A DNA stretch of 64,000 nt from assembly GCA_001179505.1 (NCBI GenBank), contig CDMY01000571.1, forward strand, positions 267,702-331,701, given 5' to 3'. Under the pieces are notes generated by a model. The model was not told the origin of the DNA, did no database searches, and was given only the letters and a program-made list of their open reading frames with translations. Positions 23,439-34,575 of this stretch are shown one piece after another; within the stretch, counting starts at the first letter, position 1; every line of letters begins with the position of its first letter. The translations under genes and the position numbers were made by a program. Source of the DNA: Vitrella brassicaformis CCMP3155. Taxonomy: Eukaryota; Protista; Chromerida.

Positions 23439-25405
23439 ATGGCGGCACCCGCCCAGCAGCAGGAGCAGGAGCAGGAGGAGCCGCCCAACGTGGCGCGGCT
23501 GGCCTTCAACTGCAAGTGCGAGAGAACCAACCCCGGCGAAAGTGTTAACGTGAGGATAACCAGCCCGGACGACAGAAACCTCTTCCGGGTGAGCTGGGGA
23601 GGGCAGGGAGACCCTCCTTCTGCGTCATGATGGCCATGAGACACGGTTGGTGTGCTCCTGCAGGCTGTGCGGCTCACCACAACTCCTGTGGCGTGGCCCC
23701 AATGGAAGTCAAGTCTGCTTGACTTTGACACTCAGGCAAGCGACAGGAGATGGCCACGTTCGGCTTGGGGCCGGGTTCACAGAAAGGTCTTTGGCCTGGC
23801 TGCAGGATGCCCTCAACCTCAACTACAAGTATTTCTTGCAGAATGACGTGGGGGACCACCGGCGCGAGGAGGTGAGAAGGTCGAGGGACAACCATGCATG
23901 TCGACAGACAGGCAGTCTTTCTTTCGCCCATCTCTCTGCTCTGTGTGCGCAGGGGGGATTGGACTGGGTTCCCGCGAGAGCACTCAATGAGGTCGGTTTC
24001 TGTTTCTATCAGCTCGATTGTTTGTTCGTTGCGGTCATTGATTCTTTCCATGTGTGTCAGACGGGCGGTAGCGTTCGTGCCGTGTGTCTCGTGCGCGGCT
24101 ACAAGACCGTTATGCACGACGTCTGGGGCGACCCTGAAGAGACTCGCGTCGATGTCGTCGAAATGCCCAGAAACGTACGCACCGAGCCACCAAACCAATA
24201 TGCAACCGCCCATTGCCCCCGCAACCGGAATCGGTGTGTGTCGCCTTCCATACCTGCCTCCCTCCCTCCCTGTGTGTGTGTGTGTGTGTCTGTCTGTGTC
24301 CTGTCTCCATTCTGCTGACTCATTCAGTATGGCCAGCCGCCGCCCCCGCGCCCTGCGCCAGTGCAGGCGGTCCGCGACATACGAGTTCTCAACGAAATCA
24401 TGGCAGATCTACGCAACCACCGAAACAACCAAAACGCCGGGGAAGCCAACCGAGGTGGCGGAGCGCGGGCACTGCTCCAACCTCCCCAGCCACAGCCACA
24501 GCCGCAGCTGATTCCCCGGCCCCAGCCTGCCGTCGCTGATGCCCCAGCTGCGGCCGCTGCTGCTGCTGCTCCAGCTGCGGCCGCTGCCCGGGATGTTGAT
24601 GCCCGGAATGCTGCAGCCCGGGCTGCCGCTGCCCGGGCTGCTGCTGCCCGGGCTGCTGCTGCCCCGGCCGCTGCTGCCGCTGCCCCGGCTGCTGCTGCCG
24701 CTGCTTCGCCGGCGTCATCCTGCTCGTCGTTTGAATCCGCTGCCTCGTCAAGGCCCTCGTCGGCCACCCACTGCAAGCGGCCCCCTGCTGAGTCAGAGGA
24801 GGCCAAGGGCGCCAAGAAAACCATGAACGAGTCGCCCAGCCGCGGCGAGCTCAGGACGGCCCTGGCGGGGGGCAGTATGCTGGCGCGGGATGTGGTGGAG
24901 GGCCTGCCACTGGAGATCGTCAAGGTGGGTGGATGTGTGGATGTGTTGGTGTCTCCTTAGTAGGTGATGTCTCGCCCATTTTGTGTGGTGCTGGGAATGA
25001 ATGGCATATGGATGCAGGAAGTGTTGGCTGAGCGTAACAAGGAGGTGGAGATGCTCAGCACCATCGTGGGCAAGAAGGAGTACGAGCAGTCCAACATGTG
25101 CGTTGTCTGCATGGAAGCACGCAAGGAGGTCGTCCTTCTGCCGGTAGGTACTACACATCGTGCGTGTGCCCTCTTGGCTTTTCTGCGCATAATCGATGTA
25201 GGCCTTTCTGTCCGTTCACCTGCAGTGTCGGCACCAGTGCATCTGCCGGGACTGCGCTAACAAGTTGCGGCAGGGTCCGGCGTCCTGGAAGTGCCCCATG
25301 TGTCAGCAGATGGCCAACGAGATCATCGTAAGTGAACTCCTCGACGCAGGCGCGAGCCTCCGAAAGCGTTTTCTTTGCTTTTAACAGGTAGTGTTCATCC
25401 CCTGA
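23439..25405 (+). CDS. CBM20 starch-binding domain plus Ala/Pro linker plus C3HC4 RING (candidate E3 ligase), copy 1
   Basis: Spliced N-terminus LAFNCKCERTNPGESVNV...AVRLTTTPVAWPQWK...LNYKYF...W...MHDVWGD (CBM20 pattern). C-terminus CVVC-MEARKEVVLLP-CRHQCICRDC-ANKLRQGPASWK-CPMC (zf-C3HC4_3 spacing). Confidence 0.82.
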
Positions 25406-25919
25406 CTGACCGAGCCATCCATCGGCACATACATGGAGCATTCACTATCATACACCACGCAGAGGGAGAGGGGGGCCACTCATTCTGCATGCCTATACTC
25501 GATTTTTAGCCATCAGGTTGCATAACACCAAGATTTTGGCCATACGAGACAATTGGGAGAGGGCAGGGAGGCAGCCTCAGGGGAGGGGAGGGGAGCGAAG
25601 AGTGGGGTGAGGGACACAATGCAGTCGGGAGCACCACAAGGATGCGACTGGTCTCACACTCGTACATGAATGAGTTGGAGGGAGACATCGAGATACTGTG
25701 TAATCAGACTGCCGGTGAGTCTCAAAGATAAAAACGCGCTCGGCAGAAGGTCGACCTGGCGCGAGACGCTCGTCAGCCCTAAGCAGCTGTGTAGCTATAG
25801 GATGCGCTGAGCTCCAGTTGTCCTTGGCCATTTCGGAACGCATGCCATGCTTGGGGGAGGCCCCCACGAAGCGAGCTTCCCACTGGCAGTCTCCGTTTTT
25901 TCGGCCTCTGGACTCAAAG

Positions 25920-27300
25920 ATGGCGGCGCGTATCCAATTCCATTGCTTGTGTGGCATCACCGTGCCTGGGGACATTGTGCACATCACCATCCGCGGCCCC
26001 GACGCTGGACCACTGGAGTATCCGCTGCTGACGGACAACAGGGAGTGGCCCCACTGGAAGACCCTCCCGCTCGAGTTTGTGGTGCGCGGCGCCCTCAGAC
26101 TCACCTACAAGTACTTCATCAAACGAGACGACGGGGGAGGATTCCTCAGAGATGAGGTGAGGAGGGGTGGGGTGGGGTCCAGAGGAACGCCCTCTCTCTA
26201 TGCATGATTGTTGATGCTCCCTACCTCTCCTCTGCGTGTGTGGCCTGTGTGTATGCAGTTTCACTGGGGCAGCCGCTCGGTGACGTTGCTTCAAGGTCAC
26301 GCACACGTCGTTTCCGACTTCTGGGGTGACATCCAGCGCACACGCGTCGAGTGGCAGCGCATGGCACCGGCACCGAACCCTGCACAGGGCCTCCAGCCCG
26401 CATGGGTACACACAGACACACACACAGCCTCGCACTCATTTCAACACATCCTTCCACCCCTCCCTATATCTCTCCCCTTGGCAGCCACCAGCAGCAGCAG
26501 CGGCAGCCCCACAGCAGCCAGCGGTGGGTGGTGCGGGTGGTGCGGTGCTGGCGAATGCCGTGTCTGCCTGCGCGCTGCGGTTGTCCAAGGAGGAGGAGTT
26601 GAAGCAGCAGGTGCGTCGCGCGGCCAGCAACAGCCTGTTGGTGCGAGAGAACCTGGAGGAGATGCCGCTGGAGATGATCCGCGAGTTGATGCACGACAGG
26701 CGGCGTGACCTGGAGTTGCTCGCCGTTATGGTGGGCAAGAAGGAGGCGCAGGAGCAGGAGACATGCATCATCTGCTGCGAGAAGGTCCAATAGCCAGTGA
26801 AGCAAGGCAAAGGAATGTCGATTGCGGAGTATGAGACACGCTGCTGTTGTTCTTCTGTGTTGTGGATTGTGTGTTGGGTGGTTGTAGGAGAAGGAAGTTG
26901 TCTTCATACCGGTACGCACACTTGTTGTGTTGGTGGATAGGCCAGTGGACGGAGGGAGGGAGGGAGACAACACTCGCTGTATCTCTGTGTCTCTGCCTCC
27001 GTTTGTGCCTCTCTGTCTGTCTGTCTATCTGTCTGTCTGTCTCTCTGTCTGTCCGTTTGTCTTCCACATTTGGCCGCACTGCATGCAGTGCCGTCACCAG
27101 TGTATCTGCTCAAGTAGGTGCCGGCCCCTCCAGTGCCAGACCGATGGCTGTCTGTCGACATCACTCCCTTCACCCATGTCTATCCGCTTGTGTGTCTGTT
27201 TGTGTGTGCAGCGTGTTGGCGCAAGCTGCGGGATCGCGGCATCTACAAGTGTCCCATTTGCCAACAAATCCCGGCGCGCATCATCCTGCCCGCCAAGTGA
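25920..27300 (+). CDS. CBM20 starch-binding domain plus C3HC4 RING (candidate E3 ligase), copy 2, tandem paralog
   Basis: IQFHCLCGITVPGDIVHI...LLTDNREWPHWKT...LTYKYF...FHWGSR...VSDFWGD. The RING splices from four exons to CIIC-CEKEKEVVFIP-CRHQCICSTC-WRKLRDRGIYK-CPIC. Confidence 0.82.
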
Positions 27301-28272
27301 CACACCCACCCGTCACCCAACCTACACCTACATTGGCAATCAAACACCATTTTTGCATCGTTCATCGGTTCTGGTCAATGGAGGGTCTGAGTTTCTGTTC
27401 TGTTTTGATCGATCCATGTATGAGTATAAGGCAGTGTGAGGGAGGCAAAGAGGGGGGAGGGGGTGAGGGAGATCGGTAGGACTATTGTTAGGCAGACCCC
27501 GGCACAGCAGAGGGATAGATACCCCGTGACGCGGCGCCGCCGTGTGTGGAGGACACAGACAGGGACACACACACACACATAACACATGGGCTTTTGAACG
27601 GTTGACGGTGAGACAGAGCGTCAGGGCTTTGTGGTCTAGGAGGGGAGGGCGTGGGTACTCAATTGTCACTCACTGCTCTGTTGTCTGTGGCCGATCATGT
27701 GTGGTCCATCGGTAAGTGAGTCAATGGTGTGGGGCATGGATGGGAAATGGGCGACACGGGGAGGGAGGGAGGGAGGGAGGGGTGAAGTGCTTGATAAATC
27801 GATGCAGACACACAGATGGACATATCATATGCACACGCGAGGACATCTTTCAAGCAGATGTTAAAGGCAGACGCAAGGACTTAAATGTCCCTCCATGTCC
27901 GTCTCTTGTCTCGTCCCAATACTCATTGCGATGCGAACGCAGGCACAGAGTCGGCGAAAGCCATGTTGCAGTCATACAATGCATGACCTTCATCCAACTC
28001 ATGCCCAGCGCATGCACCGCAACAGCAGACAGGAAGATAGCCGCACCCATCGAGTCGAAAACGTATGGCAACACGCCCATTACCGGTGAGTGCATCGGCA
28101 TCATACACACGAACACGCAGATTCACTCACTCACTGGCCCTCACGTCGTCACTACTGTACGTGCACATCAACACGGATATAAAGCGTGGCCAAAACTGCA
28201 TGGGCGCCTGAGTGAATGAATGAATGAATGAAAGGACGGACGGATGGATGGATGGAGAGAGCATGATTGGAT

Positions 28273-28571
28273 NNNNNNNNNNNNNNNNNNNNNNNNNNNN
28301 NNNNNNNNNNNNNNNNNNNNNNNNNNNNNNNNNNNNNNNNNNNNNNNNNNNNNNNNNNNNNNNNNNNNNNNNNNNNNNNNNNNNNNNNNNNNNNNNNNNN
28401 NNNNNNNNNNNNNNNNNNNNNNNNNNNNNNNNNNNNNNNNNNNNNNNNNNNNNNNNNNNNNNNNNNNNNNNNNNNNNNNNNNNNNNNNNNNNNNNNNNNN
28501 NNNNNNNNNNNNNNNNNNNNNNNNNNNNNNNNNNNNNNNNNNNNNNNNNNNNNNNNNNNNNNNNNNNNNNN
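28273..28571. other. Assembly gap (N run)
   Basis: Run of N, flanked by (GATG)n, (GAAT)n and TA-rich microsatellites. Confidence 1.
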
Positions 28572-28920
28572 NGGGCGATCTTTGCCGGCTTGAAGCGGAT
28601 ATCTATGTACGTACGTACTTACGTATATATATACGGATACATACGGATACCTACATACATATATGTATATATATATGGACACATAGATATGCAGAGGGCA
28701 TATGTATATGAACGTGTATACGTACGTATAGAGACGGACGGACGGAGGGGTATGGAGATAGATATAGAGAGAGGGGTGGAGGGGTATGAAGGCACCGGCT
28801 GAGCCAGCCTAATCTACATGCGCACACCACACAAACGCACATCCCACGCATCCCCCCCCCTCTCTCCCCCCCCCTCTCTGGCTGCGATGCACCTGCTTAA
28901 ACGCCCTATCTGTTATGATG

Positions 28921-31382
28921 TCAGATTCTGGCCACAGGCAATGCACACATCACCATGAGCTGCCCACCCCGCAGCGGCCCGTCTCCCCGCCGCAAGTTCC
29001 ACTGCGCAGAGGACGCCACGCGGAACTCGCCGATGAAGAGCCCATCCATCACGCTGTGCACGTCTTGCATCATCGACCTACGGATGTGATGCAGGACAAG
29101 CTTCACCTCGCGGACGCCCCTGGCCGCGACCAGCGACGCCATGCTCGTACTCGTAAACTCGCCGGCATCGGTGTCGCTCGGCACTGCAGACACAATGCAC
29201 ACGCAACGAATGATCTCTGTCTACGTGCACCCTGTCCCGGTCTCCTTACATTTGGTCCAGATCTCGAGATTCTTGACAGATGGCAGCCCCTCCGCCTGCG
29301 GCCATTTGATGGCCCCCGTGGCACTCTTCAGCTCGACATACAGTGAGTCGAGCCTCGCCTCATCGCCAATGGCCGCCAAGACGGAAGACGCCTCATCCAC
29401 AGACACACCGTCGAAGAGCAACACCCCTGCCAGCGCTGGCAGCCGCACACCTGCCTGCATGATGTGTTGCATGGCTGTGCAGGCCACACTGCCCCTGAGA
29501 TGCACCCTGGTGACGCTGGGGAAGGCGTGGCGGTTGATGAATGCCGTGTGTGCGATGATGTGGGCGGGGAGCTGTGTCGGGTTGGTCTCGTCCGTGACGA
29601 CCTTCAGAGAGGCTGCCTTTTTGAAGGTGAGGGATGCGGCGAGCTCCTCGGCCGCAGCAGATGATGCCTTGTCGCCTCCCCCGTCGTCACCGAGTTTCCA
29701 CACGACGTCCTCTGTGTGGTCGGCCAGGTCGCTGAGCGCCGTCTTGACAAATGGGGTGGTCACACGAGCGGATGCACCGAGAAGGGCCAGATCGAAGACC
29801 GACGAAGAGCCGCTGGTGAAGTGGAATATGATGGGCGTGTCGGGCGATTTGCTGACCGCCGCGTGGAGGAACTCGAGTGCCGCGAGTTTCGGGATGATGG
29901 ATGCGTCGACGTGGGTGCCGACATGCGCTTCGATGGACGTGAGGGAGTGGCATTTGCGGGCGACCAACGCATCCTTGAAACAGACCGACAGGGAATGTGA
30001 GGGTGAGGTGAGGGAGTCCGTCGCGTCATCCGTCCTTCGACTCACGTACCTTGAGTCGCATCAGGTCCTTGTCGGCTCCCTTGCCATCGATGTGCAGCTC
30101 CCCAATGCTCTCGAGCTGAGAAGCGGCACCCATGCTCTCCACTATCGCCGCTTTGTCGGCCAGGGAACATGAGGCATCCAGCCGCGTCAGTGTCGTCAGC
30201 CCCCCAACGAACCCACACAGCGCTCCACCGGAGCAGATGTGGCCGCCCGTGGAGTCCACAGCCAAACAGCGCAGCGAGGGCCACTGCCAGCCCCGCCCAG
30301 CCGCCGCCTTGGCGAGCACACGATGGCCGTATCGGATGCCGCTTATGCTCACGAGTGCTGGCAGGGATGTGGGGTGCGTCGACTTGGGTGGGAGGAGATC
30401 CGGGGTGGGTCGCTGCTGTTCGTCGGTGAGGGCAACGTCGACGCTCTCGAAGCTGATCGACGTCAGGGTGCCTTCTCTCAGCTGCGACACCTGCAGGTGA
30501 GAGCGGGCGTGCCGCACGACCATCGCTCGTCGAGCAGCGGCATGGCCCTCGATAAGCGATATCAGGCTGGTGAGGCACCAGGCTGGTGTCTTGTTGGGGT
30601 ACTTGAGGACGATCGACTCCAACCGGGTAAGCCGCTTGCCCCACAGCCAACAGAGGACGGGCTTGGCTGACAGCATGTGCCAGAATAACTGCTCGGCCTC
30701 GGTGGATGCGTCGATGGTGAGGTGGGTGTACTGCTTGCTGACGTCGGGCAGCAGGGAGCGGGGGAGGGCGGCGAGCAGGTGGAAGGGCACGAAGGAAAAG
30801 ACATCCCCCAAAATGACGAGAGACTGCAAACAGATTCACAAGCAGCCACACACACACAGAGCGACAGCACATAGACAAGATCCACATCCGGTGTGTGGTT
30901 CTCTGTCTCACGTGCGATTTGGCAAATTTGGCGAATGTCTTCAGGTCAATCTCGCCATTGTTGCCAACTCGCATGGCCGGCTTACTCCTGCGTCTGGTGC
31001 TGGTGCGCCGCTTCTTATTCTGCAGGCCACAAACATCACACACAGATGGACCGACCACACGCCGCCAGTATGGGGAGCCTCAGCGTACCTCAGAGCGTAG
31101 GATCGTGCGCCCCTTACGATGCTTGGGCGGCCAGCGGCTTCGTGTCGTCGGCTGTGAAGGGACGCCGTCTCCTGAACGCCACACAGGCACATGCATCAAT
31201 GACCCAGCATTTGTTCCACGTGTGTCGGGAGGCTCACCTGCATTCACAAACGCTATGGCCTTCCTCTGCCGCCCGCACGTCGTACGTGTCACGATCTGAT
31301 AGCGGCCCTCAGTCGCCGGATCCGTGGCGCGAATGGCCGTCAGCAGCGCACTCAGCTGCGCCTCCTCACTCGCGCTGCCCAT
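28921..31382 (-). CDS. F-box-like/LRR-like protein of a lineage-expanded family
   Basis: Start MGSASEEAQLSALL..., F-box-like SLVILGDVFSFVPFHLLAAL, then degenerate LRR-like units (LTRLESIVL, LPALVSISGI, WPSLRCLAV, LTTLTRLDA, FPSVTRVHL, LPSVKNLEI). Last exon ends ...LPVARI* at 28921. Confidence 0.62.
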
Positions 31383-31714
31383 CCCGCCACCACCGCCAGC
31401 GCCCCTGGTCGCCAGAGAGGCCCTCCCGACACTGCCAGGAACACCACGATGAGTTATGATGAAAGATGGAGAATGAAGTGTTTCCGTACCTGGCGGAATC
31501 CCTGCGCCGGAGAGGAGGGGCGCGAGGGAAAAGAGGGGTGCCGCCAAAGGCAAAGCTCGCAGACGGATCTGGGAGGAGAAACGGCTTCGAAGGGGCTTAT
31601 TCGGAGTACCACTGGGTCAGATCTCCCTTCATGTTCGCAAAATGGATCAAAGAAGGGGAACTCATGAATGCATCTATGCGACGAATACCTGGTCTATGTG
31701 CTTCCTTCTGCAGG

Positions 31715-32887
31715 ATGAGGCCTTCGGTATCGGGATCTACCTCACTCATGCTGCTGGCATTGAGCTTTTCTGACGCTTTCACCACTCCCAAGCTCACACC
31801 ATCTCGCCTGCCATTCACTTGGCGAACACGCCCGCCAGCCGGGCTGCTCAGCCCGGGCCGCTCTTCAGTTCTGTACACGCAGCAGCAGCAGCAGCAGCAG
31901 CAACAGCAACAGGCGTCGGCGTCGGTCATGCCGTCCAAGCGGCAGCCCAGGAAGAGGTCAATGAAAGGCTTCTACGTCCGGCCATCGAAGGCGCTTGAAG
32001 TGGGAGGCGGATTCTTCGTCCCTGGTACGCACACACAGGGCAGGACAGGGCAGGAGGGCAGAAGAAAGATACGCCCAGCTGGATTGGCGAATGTCGATCT
32101 TGTCCTGTGTGCCCACGATGTGTCAGGTTTGGAGGGTTGGAGGCTGCCTGTGGCTGGAGGGTTGTTCTTCGCCGTGTGTTTGGCTGTCAACCACCTTGCC
32201 AGTCTGGAGGTGGCCATTGGCCAGACCATCACCGAGGCCATCGGTGCCATTGCCGTCCTGACGCTCATCCTACAGGGCCTCTTCCGCCGACAGCTGGACA
32301 TGGCCGCCAAGTCGGGGGAGCTGTTTGCGGATGTGCTGGAGAGACAGCGAGTGGCTTTTGTTGACGAACAGTTTGAGCGCGACTATGTGGAGAGCGACGC
32401 CTTTGAGTCGGTGGGGTGGATGGTGGAGACCCTGCTCAATATCATGGGTGCCACGGCTGTCGTGCTGGCAAGCCGCGAGAACGGTGCAGACGGGGGCGGT
32501 GGGCTGCAGGTGGTGCTGCGTGCTGGCGACTACACGGCTGACGAGAACGCTGCCGTGATGGACGAGAATGCTGTGCTATGGGATGATGGGCAGAAACAGC
32601 AGAGCGGTGATGGTGGGCCTTGTCGGAGTGTGCGAGTGGTCGAGAGGCACAGGGTGAGGGGCGGCAGTGAGGCGGCCAGTGTGGTGTCGCTCTTTCCCGC
32701 CAACACCAAGAGCATAGCGGTGTTTGAGCTGCCCTTCTTATCATCACAGGGGCAGACGGGCGGTGCACTGTCTGAGTGGTGTCTGTTTGCTGGGCTGCGA
32801 AGTGGGCCGTCGAGTGTGTCGGCGGACGATGCATACTGGCTTGACAAAATACAGACATTCGCAACGGTGCAGACCAACTTGACGTGA
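31715..32887 (+). CDS. CCB2: CCB2-like cofactor assembly of complex C (cytochrome b6 heme ci attachment) protein with a bipartite plastid-targeting leader
   Basis: After removing one intron (32025-32126): RPSKALEVGGGFFVPGLEGWRLPVAGGLFFAVCLAVNHL...ITEAIG, which fits the CCB2/CCB4 family (CCB2-type FFVPGLEG-x-R and LNH). N-terminus is a signal peptide ending ...LSFSDA-F followed by an S/T/P/R-rich transit-like stretch. Confidence 0.72.
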   Translation: MRPSVSGSTSLMLLALSFSDAFTTPKLTPSRLPFTWRTRPPAGLLSPGRSSVLYTQQQQQQQQQQQASASVMPSKRQPRKRSMKGFYVRPSKALEVGGGFFVPGTHTQGRTGQEGRRKIRPAGLANVDLVLCAHDVSGLEGWRLPVAGGLFFAVCLAVNHLASLEVAIGQTITEAIGAIAVLTLILQGLFRRQLDMAAKSGELFADVLERQRVAFVDEQFERDYVESDAFESVGWMVETLLNIMGATAVVLASRENGADGGGGLQVVLRAGDYTADENAAVMDENAVLWDDGQKQQSGDGGPCRSVRVVERHRVRGGSEAASVVSLFPANTKSIAVFELPFLSSQGQTGGALSEWCLFAGLRSGPSSVSADDAYWLDKIQTFATVQTNLT

Positions 32888-33293
32888 ATGGCCATGGATG
32901 GCGCCGGTAGCCGGTGCTGATGTCTGTGCGTTCTGTGAGGTCAGTCGGTTGTGTTTGTGTTGATGCTGGATGCGTGTTAGAGAGGAGGGGATGTAGGTGT
33001 GAAAGAAGGGCACGTGTGTGTCATGACGATTGATCCATAGCGTTTGAAACATCGTGTACAGTGTGTCTCTGTCGGAGTCTCATGAATGCAATCATTACAA
33101 AGGAACCAACTTGTGTCGGTCATTCGTTACAAAAGAACGTGTGTGTCCCCTCTCTACTTTAGTTAGTCATCGCACCGCTTGTCTTTGTCAGCACTCTTGA
33201 GCTACTTCTCCTTCACGTCCGCCTCTGACACACACACATACACACAAGGGGTGGGCGCCCACACCCAACACCAATACATACTGCATACTCTGC

Positions 33294-34466
33294 TCACTTA
33301 CCCATCCAGTATTCGGCGATTTTTCTATCCTTGGCATCGTCGTTGGCCTTCGTCACGTTCATCTGCACACACAGAGAGACACAGACGTGCTCACGCCATG
33401 TCAGACGCTTCCTTTGCTCACCCAGTATTGTTGCTTGCTGATCTTGTTCTCGACGGGGCTCCCGTGCAGCTTCAGGATCTGGGAGATGGTCTGCTCCGTC
33501 TTGTCCCCTCGGTCTATCTTGAGCAGCATCAGGTTCAGCTCCTCCACGTTCTTGACCTTGATGCCCTGCCCTCCACCTACGGCGCCCGTGACGAGCTGGC
33601 GCACATTTTGCTGCACACACATACGGACGGACAGAGAGACAGAGGGAGAGCACATTGAATGATCCCTCCCCGTCTGTGTGCATGTCCCATATATCAGTCA
33701 GCGCACGCGAATGGCCCCGCCTGGCATCTCCCACAGCGCCACGTGGTGGTCTGCCCAGCAAACATTGCATACAATGCAGTGTGATGCGTGGGGCAACACA
33801 CGCGTCTGTGCTGCTGTCTTCTCGCTCATCTGCTCGTGTGTGAGCTTCCTTCGTACCACTGATGTCGGTCTCCCGCAGGATCTTGGCCTTCTCAGGTATC
33901 TCCTCCTCCTCAGGGGCCCAGTCGGGATCGTCGCGGGCGGAGCGGGCCCTGCCCTTGCCGGGACTGCCGGCGCGGCTGCCCTTGGACGGGCTGCGATGGG
34001 CCCCCCCCTCTCTACCTTCTCCTTCTCCTTCTCCTCCTGCTCCTTCTTCTTGTCGTCACCTTCGTCATCGTAGTCCTCTACAGCGGCACCGAAAGCCGCA
34101 GCCGCAGCAGCCCGGCCCGACCCCTGCCTCAGTGGGCCTGAGACACACAGACAACATCATGATGCATGTCGGTGCAGGGCGGGATCATGCAGCGCCTGCA
34201 TGTACCTTCGGGCAGCCCCACGGGTGGCGAGTTCTCCCTCGTCATGAACGCCCCTGACGTGACTGCAAACAGCAAAAGGCACGTGCAGGCAGGTTACATG
34301 CCCATGCATGAATGTACTCATGGATAAATCCACCGCAAATCGGCTCACCGTTGGCGCTCTTGGATCTCATCTTGGCCGACGCTCTTTCCTCCCTCCTCGC
34401 CAACTCCCTTCTGGCATTCATCTTCGACTGCAGAGAGCGTTTCTTAACGCGCGGCGGATCCTCCAT
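33294..34466 (-). CDS. Hypothetical protein with an apparent 1-nt frameshift in a G8 run
   Basis: Exons MEDPPRVKKRSLQSK..., ...EDYDDEGDDKKKEQEEKEKEK, PEEEEIPEKAKILRETDIS, QNVRQLVTGAVGGGQGIKVKNVEELNLMLLKID..., MNVTKANDDAKDRKIAEYWMGK*. Confidence 0.55.
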
Positions 34467-34575
34467 CTCTACACCACCACCGCCGCGTTTCCCTTTCTGA
34501 TGCGAGCTTCTCGTCTCGCATGTTCACAGAATTTTACAGCTTTCCAAGTGTTGTTGAGCTCCCCGTTGTTCCAAT

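Noticed and set aside
27850-28116. Hydrophobic minus-strand ORF (PYVFDSMGAAIFLSAVAVHALGMSW...) as a membrane-protein exon
   Set aside because: It is isolated, next to an assembly gap, and has no recognisable family or joinable exons. Too weak to call.
28152-28802. ORFs spanning the N runs here and at 49898-50557
   Set aside because: Artefacts of translating through gap characters.
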